Shown: positions 35,173 to 46,810, counted from the first letter of the whole stretch. The stretch is 63,086 nt of DNA, filler included, from Olpidium bornovanus S191 (GCA_017911155.1; 31 parts of 31 records of this genome joined end to end with filler, not necessarily neighbours in it), one strand, 5' to 3'. Notes: generated from the sequence alone by a model not told the origin. Made by a program: numbers and translations.

Positions 35173-35638
35173 TGAATCCCTCTCTATAAAACCGGGTAGA
35201 ATCAAGGAATAGAAGAGCCCCGTGGCTCCTTTTTTCAACCCGAAGTCAACAGGTTATGAGCCCAAACGGACTCTCCGCCTACAAAGAAGAAAAACCCTTT
35301 CTTCTCCCGGTCAGAGGCAGAACCATGGAAGAAGAACGCCACCCTTGCCAGCAATTCAGCGCAAGTGCTGTCCTGGACGAAGGGAGACCACGGTATGCAC
35401 AAGGCATGCCCGGGGCACTCCAGGTGACACCTGAGACGCCCCACGGAGAGGCGGAGATGGCGTACGACGATGACCGAGCGTACTACGCAACGGCGGACAA
35501 CGAGAGAGGGCGTGCCAAGTTTGGGCGTTGCGTGACGGCACCACGGCCGCTCGCAGCGAGTCGAGGGACTCCACCTCATCGAGGTTGACCAAGCTGTCGG
35601 CGCAATCTCGGAGAGTCGTTGACTCCATCCTCTTGGAG
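35173..35638 (+). mobile_element. 5' end of a copia-type element: about 79-bp LTR + PBS GGTTATGAGCCC (35252-35263) + degenerate internal sequence
   Basis: TG...CAACA with a TATA-like ctctataaaa, immediately followed by the Ty5/copia-type PBS. The LTR aligns with 12209-12289. Confidence 0.7.
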
Positions 35639-35738
35639 NNNNNNNNNNNNNNNNNNNNNNNNNNNNNNNNNNNNNNNNNNNNTTAATTAATTAANNNNNN
35701 NNNNNNNNNNNNNNNNNNNNNNNNNNNNNNNNNNNNNN

Positions 35739-38055
35739 AGGCGCGTCCCAGTGGCGATTTTCCTGTCGTCATAAGTCCGCGTACACCGTTCCCCAGAGAA
35801 GCCGATGTGCACTCCTTTCGCAGCGAGTCTGCAGATTGACAGAAAGTTGCAGATCATGCCGGGGAACACGTACACGTCATCCACGGTGAAAGACTGATGG
35901 TTGAGCGGGTTCAGCCGGATCCGTCCCTTGACGGTCGATGTAAGAACCTAATTGTTTCCGACTCGCAGGGTCGCGGTGGTCGTCCCTTCCAGGTTGTCCG
36001 GGCGAGTCGCTACGTGGAAGGATATGCCGCTGTCTAGTAGCCATTCCCCGGCTCCCCTGTTGGCAGGGGTTGTGCCCAGGAATGCCAGTCCCTCGTCCTC
36101 CGGGGAATCGGTGCCGGCGGCGACGTGAACTTGACTATCCTTTTTGCCGTCCCCCATGTCGCTCCCTTTGGCGGCTCCCTGCTTGTCCGGCTTCTTCTCA
36201 CGACGAATTTTTCACCCCCTCTCCCCATATATCGACTACCACCTTCGGTTGCTTGAAAAGGGGGGGGGGAGCCCTCCGGTCTCCACCACCACCGCGCACA
36301 AACACAAAATATTAAATAAAAGATTGGAACTCAAGTCTCCTCGTTGGCCACCTTGCAACCACGGCAGACCACGACGGGCTGTCGGCGCGCTCCTTGGGAC
36401 AAGAGGAAAGAACGAGCGTTTCGGGTTTTGGGACCAACCCACAGTGCGCGTCACTGGGGTTATCAAAGAAGCCGTCAAAGTCTCCTCGTCGGACGCCTTG
36501 CGACCGCGGCAGACCACTATGGGCTGTCGGCGCGCTCCTTGGGACGAAAGGAAAGAACAGGTGTTTCGAGTTTTGGGACCAACCCACCGTGCACATTACC
36601 GGAGTTGTCAAAGGGGCCGTTGAAGGTAAGTGCGGTACTGAGGCGAGCGCTGAACGCTCTACTCTAGCTCCCCTGCGCGAACCGCCACGCTGCTTAAGCA
36701 CCACTGGGCAGCAAGGGCCCCCGCCATCCTGTCTCTCCTGCCATCCCTTCCGAGAGGGGCTTATTCTCTCGCCAACCGGAGCGGCATTCGGGGGAGATGT
36801 GCCCCCGCTTGCCACAATTGTCGCACTTGATACCAGGATTGCGTGGGGACGGCGCGTTGTCGCCTCCATGCGTCGCTCTTGGTTTTGGGCTCAAATAGAG
36901 CGCCACCCCGTCGTTCGCCGTCTCTGCTCGACGCCGGCGGGCGTCTGCCTCCCGGAGAACAGCCACAGTCTCACCGAGTGAGGGGGTAGACCAAGGTTTT
37001 GTGTCGGGGTCCCGATGGGTACGACTTTCTAGGGCATCAATTGTTGACGGAACAGTGAGAGGCATCCCATTAGGAGCACGTTTCGTGTCTCCTTCTCCCA
37101 ATCTCTGATATTGTCATCGCGCTGATTTTGCAGCCTGGTGACTTCCTCTTTCATTCGCAAAAGGAGATGGTCGAATGTCTCTGATGTGTCCATCTTTGAT
37201 GCGTAAGGCGCTGCCTTCAGTTCGAGGCGGGCACTGGACCCCACGTCCTCAAAGTGACCCTTGAGAGCTTCCCAGGCCCTGTGAGCGGTATCGTAGTCGT
37301 CCAGGACGTGCTTGTAACGGTCTGAGACGTGGAGGTACATCTCCCTGTAGGCCTTGCCGTCGGAGCGAGCCGATTCTCGTAAAGCAGCGGCACCTGCCGC
37401 CGGGCGAGGCTCGTCGCTGTTCACGATGAACCAGACTCCTTTACGAAGCAAGACGGCTCACATGTTTGCCTTCCACAATGTTCTCGTCCAGCAGGGCGAT
37501 CGTGAGGTGGGTTTTTCGCAGAGCGCTTGTCTCCTCCATGGCGAGTGCCTCGGAGGGAGGAAGAGAAAATAAAAAGGACAGCGAATGCTACGTGCATCTC
37601 GGAATTTCGTGAGCGCTATCGGAGGGCGGGAGCATCACTTGCCGGCAGTCGCACTCTCTTCGCAAAGAGCAGCGGAGACAGAACGGACTTGGCGAAGTCT
37701 TGTGCTCGCACGCGCGCCAACGGACGGCGCTCTCCTCCCTGGCTCTGTCGAACGGCATTACTTTTCCTCGGCGGATCCTCTCCTTCTTCCCCGAGGCGCG
37801 CCGACGGACGGCGCGACCTTCTCGCGGGCTCGGCGCCGACGAACGTAAGCGCTCTACTTCCCGCAGGCACGCCGACGGACGGGCGCTCTTCAGCTCTCCT
37901 TTGCGGCGCGCGCTCGCCGACGGATGGCAAAACTGACGGTGCGCGTTCACGGGCAGGGCAATCCCGTTGGGCTCATAACCTGTTGTTTATTTTCGCGCCA
38001 GAGAGTACATAGAGTGGGGGAAGTGGGCGCGGGGCAAAAACGCAAAGGCGCAACG
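35739..38055 (-). mobile_element. degenerate Ty1/copia retrotransposon (LTR, PBS, gag, zinc knuckle, protease)
   Basis: PBS reverse complement at about 37969-37980. Frameshifted gag from ATG 37539 (..AHRAWEALKGHF..), CDNCGKRGHISPEC knuckle, WLLDSGISFH protease motif with a stop, DVYVFPGMICNFLSICRL. Confidence 0.9.
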
Positions 38056-38437
38056 CCGGTCCGGCCCCCCCCCCGCCCCGCCCGCCCGCCCGCCCCCCCG
38101 ACACACACACACTCACTCACAGCGCCCCGCGCGCCCGCTCCGCACTCGCCTGCTGCTGCTGCCGCCGTCCGCCCCCCCCCCCCCCCCACCCCCCCCCCCC
38201 CCCCCCCCCCGCCCGCCCCCCCGCCCGCCGCGACGAGAAAACCGAAGACAGATCCACAGGACTCGGCCGACTCACGCAGGATTGGCACTTTGAACCCCGC
38301 AATGGACGACATCTGCGGGTCAATGTGCAGGGGGTTGNNNNNNNNNNNNNNNNNNNNNNNNNNNNNNNNNNNNNNNNNNNNTTAATTAATTAANNNNNNN
38401 NNNNNNNNNNNNNNNNNNNNNNNNNNNNNNNNNNNNN

Positions 38438-39625
38438 CATGGCGCTTGAATTCAAAGGGGACGGGATCCGCCACCTTACCGTGGACGACCGTCTGGCCAT
38501 TGCAAATATGACGACGGAGTGGGGCGCGCTCGCCGGCGTCTTCCCCGTAGATAAGCTCACGATCGACTGGCTCCGTCGCCGCTGCTCGCGACTACGGCCG
38601 GACCACCCGCGGATGAATTCGGCGCGCGTCGATTGGATCGAGAAGAATTCTCTCCAGGCCGACCCGGCCGCCCGTTACGCGAAGCGCCTATCGCTTGATC
38701 TTTCGACGCTGGAGCCGTACGTCTCGGGCCCGAATTCGGTAAAGGTCATCAATTCGGCCAGGGCGCTATGCGAGCGCAACGTGCCAATCCAGAAGGCCTA
38801 CCTGGTCAGCTGCGTCAATTCCCGCGCATCCGATATCCGGGCCGCCGCGGAGGTCGTCCGGGGCCGCCACGTCCATCCCGGCGTGGAATTCTACGTCGCT
38901 CCCGCCAGCTCCGAAGTGCTGAAGGAAGCGAGCGAGGCCGGCGATTGGCAAGACCTTATGCGTGCTGGCGCGAAACCCCTGCCGGCGGGATGCGGGCCGT
39001 GTATCGGCAAGTGCTCCGCTCGCCTGCGTGCCCGTGTGGAGCACAACGGCACCCGCGGCTGACTTTCTCCCTTACCGCTGGAATGCACAAGAAGGCCTCG
39101 GCGCCGGTTTGCTGCAGGACGGCGAGACGGGGATATCCGCTACAAACCGGAACTTCAAAGGACGAATGGGTTCGCCCAAATCGAATGCGTACCTTGCTTC
39201 GCCAGGTTCGTCTTATGCTGCCGCTTCATTTTCCGGTCCGCCCACTCCCGCATTCTCTGCCCCCAATCTGGCGACGTTTTATATTGCCACCTTCGTTCTT
39301 CCCATTATTTTCTTATGTCTGACAATTGCTATCTCTTCTTTCAGCCGTGGTCGCCGCTTCTGCAATTTCCGGAAAAATCTGCGGGCCCTCGGCCCTTCTC
39401 GACGACGTCTGCGCACCCGAAAACCGCGCGCAGCAAGCGATCAGAGTGTCTTGCGTTGAGAACGGCATCTCCGAAGAGGACCGCAGCACAGAGGCGCAGC
39501 TCGTCCCCGGGTTTCCGGCGAATTTGACGGGAGAATTGCTTTTCTGCCACGCTGAAAATCTAAACACCGACGCGATCTATCCTGGGAAGTACACATACCA
39601 GGATGATATGTCTTTTGAGGACATG
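38438..39625 (+). CDS. LYS4: homoaconitase, internal fragment (multi-exon)
   Basis: [57 protein letters not shown]|[40 protein letters not shown]. Confidence 0.95.
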
Positions 39626-39929
39626 NNNNNNNNNNNNNNNNNNNNNNNNNNNNNNNNNNNNNNNNNNNNTTAATTAATTAANNNNNNNNNNNNNNNNNNN
39701 NNNNNNNNNNNNNNNNNNNNNNNNNAAAAAATGAAAAAATGAAAAAATGAAAAAATGAAAAAATGAAAAAATGAAAAAATGAAAAAATGAAGAAATGAAA
39801 AAATGAAGAAAAGAAAAAAAGAAAAAAGAAAAAAAGAAAAAAAAAATGAAAAAAAGAAAAAAATGAAAAAAAGAAAAAAGGAACAAAGAAAAAAAGAAAA
39901 AACAACAAAGAAAAAGGAAAAAAAGAGAG

Positions 39930-40749
39930 CGCAAGCGCGCACGTGCGCGAGCGTTTTGAGTCCAAAAAGCCCGTGGTCCGCTTATTTTTACAAGCGTACC
40001 GGAAGAATTGGCACGAAATGCTCCCCCTCCCACCACCTCTCACGAAAAAAAAAATAAATAAAAAGATTTCCCCTCGTATACCATTCTTTGTTGATGCGAA
40101 CCAGAGCGAGCATGTTCTCGAGGCCGAAGAGGCCGACTCGGCCGAGCTCTTTCTTCGGAAATTCGGTCTGCCCGCGGGGTGCACCGAAAAGAATAAAAAA
40201 AACGCGGGATCTCGATTTCGTAAAGCGGGGTTTTTCGCCGCCGTCGCTGTGCGCGCATTTGTCGTCCGCTCCTCCCCCCCACCTCTCTTCCCCCAACCGG
40301 TCGTTTTGCGAGTCCCGACTCGGTTTGCCCCTGACTTTAAGGGGGGGGGGGAGTAGTGTGTGGGAAAGGGGTGGGAGGGAAGCCCCGCACCACGCCGGGG
40401 CGGCGTCTCGCTTACCGCGAAGCCTATCTTCCGCCACTTGTTGGCTTTCTCGGCCTGGAGGCCCGCCGCCGCCCATATCTCTTCCAGGATCGCCTGGTGG
40501 TTCTCCTCCGCAGTGACCATCTGCTGCTTTTTGCTGTGGTAGTACCCGATCAGGAGCTTCTGGAACTCCACCACGTGCTTCACGAGCTCGTCGACCGGGC
40601 CCGCTTGCATCAACCTCTGTTCTGGCGGGAAAAAACCCGTTTTAGAGACGGGTTTGATTTCCGGGATCGCCCTTCGCTCCGTTACGGCAGAAGCGGGTTT
40701 TGCCGATCGTCGCAAAAACAAGTAAAAAAAAAAAAACAAATGGCGCGCG

Positions 40750-40783
<34 letters not shown>

Positions 40784-41709
40784 AGGATCGCCTTGCGGAC
40801 GTTGAGCGCGTCCAACATGCGGATGAACTCCTCCCTGTGCTCGTCGGTTACGTGGCGGAACAGCGAGTTGAGCAGGCTGAGGCTGTTTATCTGCAGGATG
40901 TAGTCCGTCGTGCTCAGCCGCTGGATCAGGGTCGGGAGGAAATTGAGGTCGTCCGCGTGCAGCGTCGGCAGCACGACGCCGAAGCCGTAACTCCGGATCG
41001 CCGCCGTCGGGTTTGACTTGTCCGCGCACACCAGGCGGATGAGCACCGCCGTCGCCGGCCTCGTGATGTTGACGAGCGTCTCGTTGACCAGGATCGACAC
41101 GATCTGGGGAATAAATATACGTATGTATAATATAAATTCTGGCCCGTTCCTCGTCACCTCCCCTTCTCCCCCCTCCCCCCTTCCCTCTCCCCCGCGCGTG
41201 TAAGAAACGCTTAGGTAAAGTGTTTCTCTCTCTGTTACCTTGTCAATGAACTGGGGCGAAAGGGTTTCCCAGCCGTGGTCGTGCTCCATCAGGTTCTGCA
41301 ACGACGTTAGGGCGTAAGCTAGGGTGTTCCCGCTGACGGTGGAAATGATGTTGCAAAGGGTCGGGACTCCGCCGAGCGCGAAGAATTCGTCGGCGAACGG
41401 CGCTTCCTGCGGAGGAAGTGAGGGGAAAGGAGGGAAGGTGGTTTTTTTTTGTTGTTGTCGCGGTCATCGTCGTTGGTGTTTTTGCGCGGTAACGTCAGAC
41501 GCGTTAAAGCCGCACCCGGCCCGATCACCGCCGCCGTACCTTTATGTACTTCTGCAGCTGGAAGAGAGCCTGCTTGAGGTTTTTTTGGTCGTTGGACTCG
41601 AGAACATCCACGACCCTCGCGGCTTCCACTACCGGGGAAGCAACCAGCTTGAGGCGCTCGCCGGGTGCGATTTTGCGACGAAGGTTCTGACCACGAAAAA
41701 ATAATCATG
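39930..41709 (-). CDS. ELMO/CED-12 family protein (ARM + ELMO domain), internal fragment
   Basis: LKLVASPVVEA..FADEFFALGG..GNTLAYALTSLQNLMEHDHGWETLSPQFIDK..KWRKIGFA|TEFPKKELGRVGLFGLENM across several GT-AG introns. Confidence 0.85.
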
Positions 41710-41809
41710 NNNNNNNNNNNNNNNNNNNNNNNNNNNNNNNNNNNNNNNNNNNNTTAATTAATTAANNNNNNNNNNNNNNNNNNNNNNNNNNNNNNNNNNN
41801 NNNNNNNNN

Positions 41810-43018
41810 CGAGGAGGCTCTCGTCCTGCCTGGACGGCGCGCAGAATTTCGCGTCTAGGAGGGACAGGTTGTACCGCTCCACCACAGACTCGACGTCCTG
41901 TGAGAGAGTTTGATGATTTTTTTTTCATGGTCGAGGTTTAAGCCGGCCCGAGGGGAGCAGATCTTCCCCTAATTAGCCGTGCGCGCAATTTTGCTGGGGG
42001 AAGAGGTGGGGAGGAGGTGGGAAGGAGCCGCCGCCGGCGCGGATGAGGAAAAGTCTTTTCCCCCTCACCGTCTCGTCTCCACTTTCGTCTTCCTCTTCGT
42101 GCTCCGGAGAACATAACCTTTCCATGGCGCTGTTTTCGTAGAGCTGAAGCCATGCCTCTGCGTCAATCGGCAGAGATTTGAGCATATCCTCCAGCGGTTC
42201 GCACTCCAGCGCCTCGGTCAGCGGCTGGCGCATTCCTTCGATTGGCACACTTGCTCCCAAGTTCTCTGAACAGCTCCTCATGGTGCTTAAAGAAAGAAAG
42301 AAAGGGAAAAAAATGGTCAGCGGACTTGCATTTAGACCGGACCGGCCAAGCGTCGGCCGCCTTGTCCGAACCTTTTCAGCGTGGTAAACAGTGCCATGCG
42401 GCATACCAATTCTGAGGGTGACTAAGAAAGTTTGGAATGGGGAGATTGGGGGGGGGGAATGGAGGGGAGGCCAACGCGTCAAAAAGAGTCGGCGATGACG
42501 ATGGCAGTCCAGCCTAGGGACGACATGATTAACCGCGTACATCCGCAGGGTGGACCGGATACACCTTGCTGAACCACGTGAGTCCCTGGACAAACATGGC
42601 GCGGCTGCTCTCCGTGGTCAACGACGGTCGGTACGATCGTAAGATCTGGTGGGGTTCGTGGGACAAAGTCAGCTTCCCCCCCTCCTCCCCCCCCATCCCC
42701 GGGTTCATGACTCTCCGCCCTCTCTCCCGTTCGGTGACGAAACGTGCACCCACAAGCGTGAAGGCGTGATACACGAGCGTCCGGCATTTCGGTTCCTCGA
42801 GGGCCTTGGAAATCAGATCTTCTGCGTTGGACTGTGGAGCGAGATCCTGGACGTTTTTGTCTGCCAGAAAACCGCGCGCTTAGCGGCGGCGAGGGCCGCC
42901 GCGGCAGACAGCTTTACCAGGTTACCTCCTTTTCCAGTTCGTCTAGAAACTTCGTAAGGCCGAGGTCACGGCACAGTTCGCCGAAGCCTTCGGCAAGCTC
43001 ATTCAGAAACGCGGACAT
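41810..43018 (-). CDS. multi-exon hypothetical protein (3' partial)
   Basis: MSAFLNELAEGFGELCRDLGLTKFLDELEKE, then exon-like segments (ISKALEEPKCRTLVYHAFTL, ILRSYRPSLTTESSRAMFVQGLTWFSK, CEPLEDMLKSLPIDAEAWLQLYE) flanked by GT/AG. Phases not fully resolved. Confidence 0.4.
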
Positions 43019-43208
43019 CTCGTAGATGCGACATTAAACCGTGATTATCGACTGGAGGGCGCCGGGAAATTGCTCCTTGAAGCGAGGGTCGACGCGTCAA
43101 CGACTTAGAAGCACGTCGTCTTGTCGTGAAACATGAAACAACCCGAAATCTCCACGAGGACCTCTGACGGGCCAACCATAGACCCCCTCTTTATAACCAT
43201 GAAGCCAT

Positions 43209-43496
43209 GGCGCCACGAAGACCCTCTCCCACGCCAGGGGGACCCTCTCCCACGAGGGGCTCTGCCGTGCACACGAGGGGCACCGCCGGCAAGATAACCG
43301 ACAGTTGCCATGGAGGGAGCCATGGAAGGAGCCCTGAAGGGAGCCATGGAGTGGCGCCACGAAGACCCTCTCCACGCCAGGGGGACCCTCTCCCACGAGG
43401 GGCTCTGCCGTGCACACGAGGGGCACCGCCGGCAAGATAACCGACAGTTGCCGTGGAGGGAGCCATGGAAGGAGCCATGAAGGGAGCCATGGAGGT
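43209..43496 (+). repeat. 2 x about 144-bp tandem duplication with internal GGAGCCATGGA sub-repeats
   Basis: ggcgccacgaagaccctctc begins at 43209 and 43353; the copies are nearly identical. Confidence 0.92.
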
Positions 43497-44511
43497 ATAG
43501 AAAGGAGAGTCCCTTTACGTTTTCTCCTCCGGTTTACACACAGAGCACAATAAGCACCAAACACAATAACGGACGCAAAACTCCGTTCACAATACGTCTT
43601 GACTTATGAGATTTTTGCAGTTCAGGCGGGACAACAATGGCAGCCAAGGGATCGGGGGGGGGTTCATAGGAAAAAGACACGGGGGGTCACGGAGATTTTT
43701 TTGTCTGTAAAGTTATGCTGCCAGAACTGCCGTGTTACATGGGATGGGTATGCAAAGGGGGGGGGAATAGTGGGGACGCCCTGAATAGCAAAGGTTAGAC
43801 GTAGAGGTAGTGCTGTCTGCCGTCTCGACACCTGTTGTCTCGACGCTGTACCTTTAATGCTTTTTTTTTCAAGAACCTGTTGAACTTTGCTTCAAAGGAC
43901 TGGCTGGTGGCAATCAACGTGCTCTCTGTAGTGCCTGTTTCGCACGTACCGACTTTATCTTAATGCGCTATCTGTAGTGCCCATAACGGCTTCGCTTCGA
44001 TGGGCACATCAAAGCGTCCGCCCTGGTGGACTGGACGGCTCCCCGGGGGGAAGGGGGGGAGGGGTATAAAACCCCCCTCAGGGATTGCACCCACATGTGA
44101 ATTTGCTACACATCGGTGAGCTTGCCTCCCTCAGAGATAGCGCCAGGGTTACCCCTGATACTTACAGTGGAGAAGTGCGAAACGGAGAAGGAGGTCTTCC
44201 ATGGTTCACGCCTCGGCTGCTTCCATGGTTTCACCCCTCCTCCTCTTGCAGTTCAGGGGCGTTCACAGGGGTTCGGAGCCTGCTTCAGAGGAGGTTTCGG
44301 AGGACTCGGAGGAACCCTGGGCAAGCTCGGGGGAGGTTCTGCCCGCGTGGCCCGGCAAAAGTGGGCGGTTCTGGAGGGGGGCGTGACCCGTGAGGTGTCG
44401 TCCACAGCGTCGTCCTACCTCCCCCCACTTTTTTTTTCTTCCTGGCGCAAAAATGCTACACGCGTTGGGCTGCAGGCAACGGCGACTTCTTCTTCTCAAT
44501 TTGTTTTATTA

Positions 44512-45480
44512 AGGAAGATTCAGACTCAGAACTTGAAGAGATCCTGATCAGAATCGAAGGAGATTCCGACGTAAAATCTGATGGGCATTTTGAAGCAGAA
44601 TCTGGAGGGAGTACTGACGCAAAATCTAACGGGGATTCTGTGGCGGAATCTGACGGCGATTCTGTGGCTGAATCTGGCGGAGATTCTGTGGCGGAATCTG
44701 ACGGAGATTTTGAGGGAATGATTCTGACGGGGACTCTGACGCTGATCTGATGGGGATTCTGACAAGGAATCTGACGGGAACTCAGGCGCGGGGATTCTGA
44801 TGCAGAATCTGACGGATGATAAATTTTCTTTTTTTTTAGGAAGATTCAGACGCAGAATTCGACGGAGATTCTGACCAGAGCCGAAAAAGATTTTGAAGCA
44901 AAATCTGATGGGGATTTTGATTCAGAATCTGCCGGCGATTCTGAAGGAATGATCCTGATGAGATTTCTAAGTTTGATTCTGACAGGGATCCTGAAGCCAA
45001 ATATGACGGGGGTTCTGACGCCGAATCTGACGGGGATTCTGGCGCAGAATCACAAGGGGATTCTGACGCAGAATCTGGAGGGGATTCGGACCAGAATTTG
45101 GAGGGAATTTTGACGCAGAATAAGAAGGGGATTCCTACACATATTTGAAGGGGATTCTGATGCAGAATCAGACAGACATTCTGAGAAAATAATTCTGACA
45201 TGATTTCTGAGTCTGATTCCGGCAGAAGGATTTCTGACGGGGATCCTGCTGCAAAGTATGACGGGGATTCTGGCATGGAATCTGATGGGGATTCCTCGCG
45301 CAAATTCTGAAGCGGAAGCTGACGCAAAATCTGGAGGGCGTTCGGACCAGAATTTAAAGGGGATTCTGACGCAGAATCAGAAGGGGATTCCGATGCAAAA
45401 TTTGACAGAGATTTTGACGCAGAATCAGAAAGGGATTCTTATGCAAAATTTGATGGGGATTCTGATGGAGAATCGGATTC
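44512..45480 (+). repeat. degenerate 24-bp minisatellite, consensus about GACGGGGATTCTGACGCAGAATCT
   Basis: Dozens of GATTCTG and CAGAATC motifs. GATTCTG-NNN-CAGAATC palindromes at 44793, 45059, 45153 and 45362. Two blocks each begin with a T-run followed by aggaagattcagac. Confidence 0.88.
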
Positions 45481-45636
45481 TGCTACCTCATCCCGCACAA
45501 CAGGATATAGCCAATAGGGGGCATCGGGCAAGTCNNNNNNNNNNNNNNNNNNNNNNNNNNNNNNNNNNNNNNNNNNNNTTAATTAATTAANNNNNNNNNN
45601 NNNNNNNNNNNNNNNNNNNNNNNNNNNNNNNNNNAC

Positions 45637-46380
45637 ATGGGGGTCGTAAGCAGGCTTGTTCGAGGCAGTTCGTACAACATCAGCCAGGCTACTCCGTCGC
45701 CTAACCGCCATCAAAATATGCAGGTACGGTCCAAACAATGCAGCTCGCGAGAAGTTCGTTATCCAATCGTCTTCATAGACTAACAAAACTTTGTATTGCT
45801 GCCCGTTTAGAGTCGCTCCACGCCCGGAAGTGGAGATCGCAGATCTCCGTATTATGGATATTACAATTCACCCGCTTACTCGAGTTCCGGCTATGATACC
45901 TCTCCGGCAGCGTACTCAGGATACTCTAACTCCCCTGCCAGCTACGCCAGTTCTCCCGTCAACTACTCCCCAGCCGCGTACACGAACTCAGCCGCGTACG
46001 CTGCTTCGCGCTCCTCTTACGGTAGCCCCCCGGCCGGGGTCTTTTCGACTTCGTACGGCCGCTCCGACACCGCATATGGTCAAGCCCCAACTGGATATTG
46101 CGCCTCACCATCTCGGTATGGCGGCGTCTCTGTCAGCCACAGCAACTACCATGGTGGGTACGCCCGCTCAGATGGCTACGGCGGGTTTCCCGCCAGCTAC
46201 GACAGCGGCTCCATGTACAGCGAGCCGTCCGCCGGGTTCACACTCCCGGCCGGGTACGGACACCCCCCCGGTGGACACCCGGTACAAAGCCGACCACCCC
46301 CAGATCAGCGGCACTGGGGTGGCCAGCAAAATCCTCAACCGCCGCCGTACCGCCAGCAGCAGTACTCACAGGTGCAGTAA
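45637..46380 (+). CDS. C-terminal Tyr/Ser/Gly/Pro-rich low-complexity region (2 exons; frame absent from the ORF track)
   Basis: Exon 45637-45723, intron 45724-45810 with a CTAAC branch site, exon 45811-46380 (190 codons: YYNSPAYSSSGYDTSPAAYSGYSNSPASY..QQQYSQVQ*). Confidence 0.65.
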
Positions 46381-46810
46381 CAGCAGCGATTTGGGGAACA
46401 TTCACAGCCGGGAATGCCAAATTGCCTAAATCAATGCTCGCTCGCCTTTCTCTTTTTTCATAACTGCGGCAGGCACCGCAAAAGCCTCCGCCAGGTGGGA
46501 ATCTGGGCTGGTCTCGGAATGTACGACGATGAGTTAGGATTTGCGTTTGTGTGTACAGTATTTTCATAAACACTATCGACCGATTTGGAGCTGCGCCGAA
46601 TGTGGTTATTCGTGAACGACGAAGTGATTTCCGATCGGCAAGGCTTAGAGCCTTCAGCAACTCAAGGGCGCAACCTGTGTGACCCGGCATTCGGGAGCCC
46701 CTGTCACATGNNNNNNNNNNNNNNNNNNNNNNNNNNNNNNNNNNNNNNNNNNNNTTAATTAATTAANNNNNNNNNNNNNNNNNNNNNNNNNNNNNNNNNN
46801 NNNNNNNNNN

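Noticed and set aside
43928-43980. TGTAGTG twice as a CACTA transposon end
   Set aside because: No matching CACTACA start, and the repeat array lies on the wrong side of the motif.
45635-45641. ACATGGG as a template-switch adapter explaining the CATG ends
   Set aside because: Only one end has this context; bases on both sides of the other CATG ends vary.
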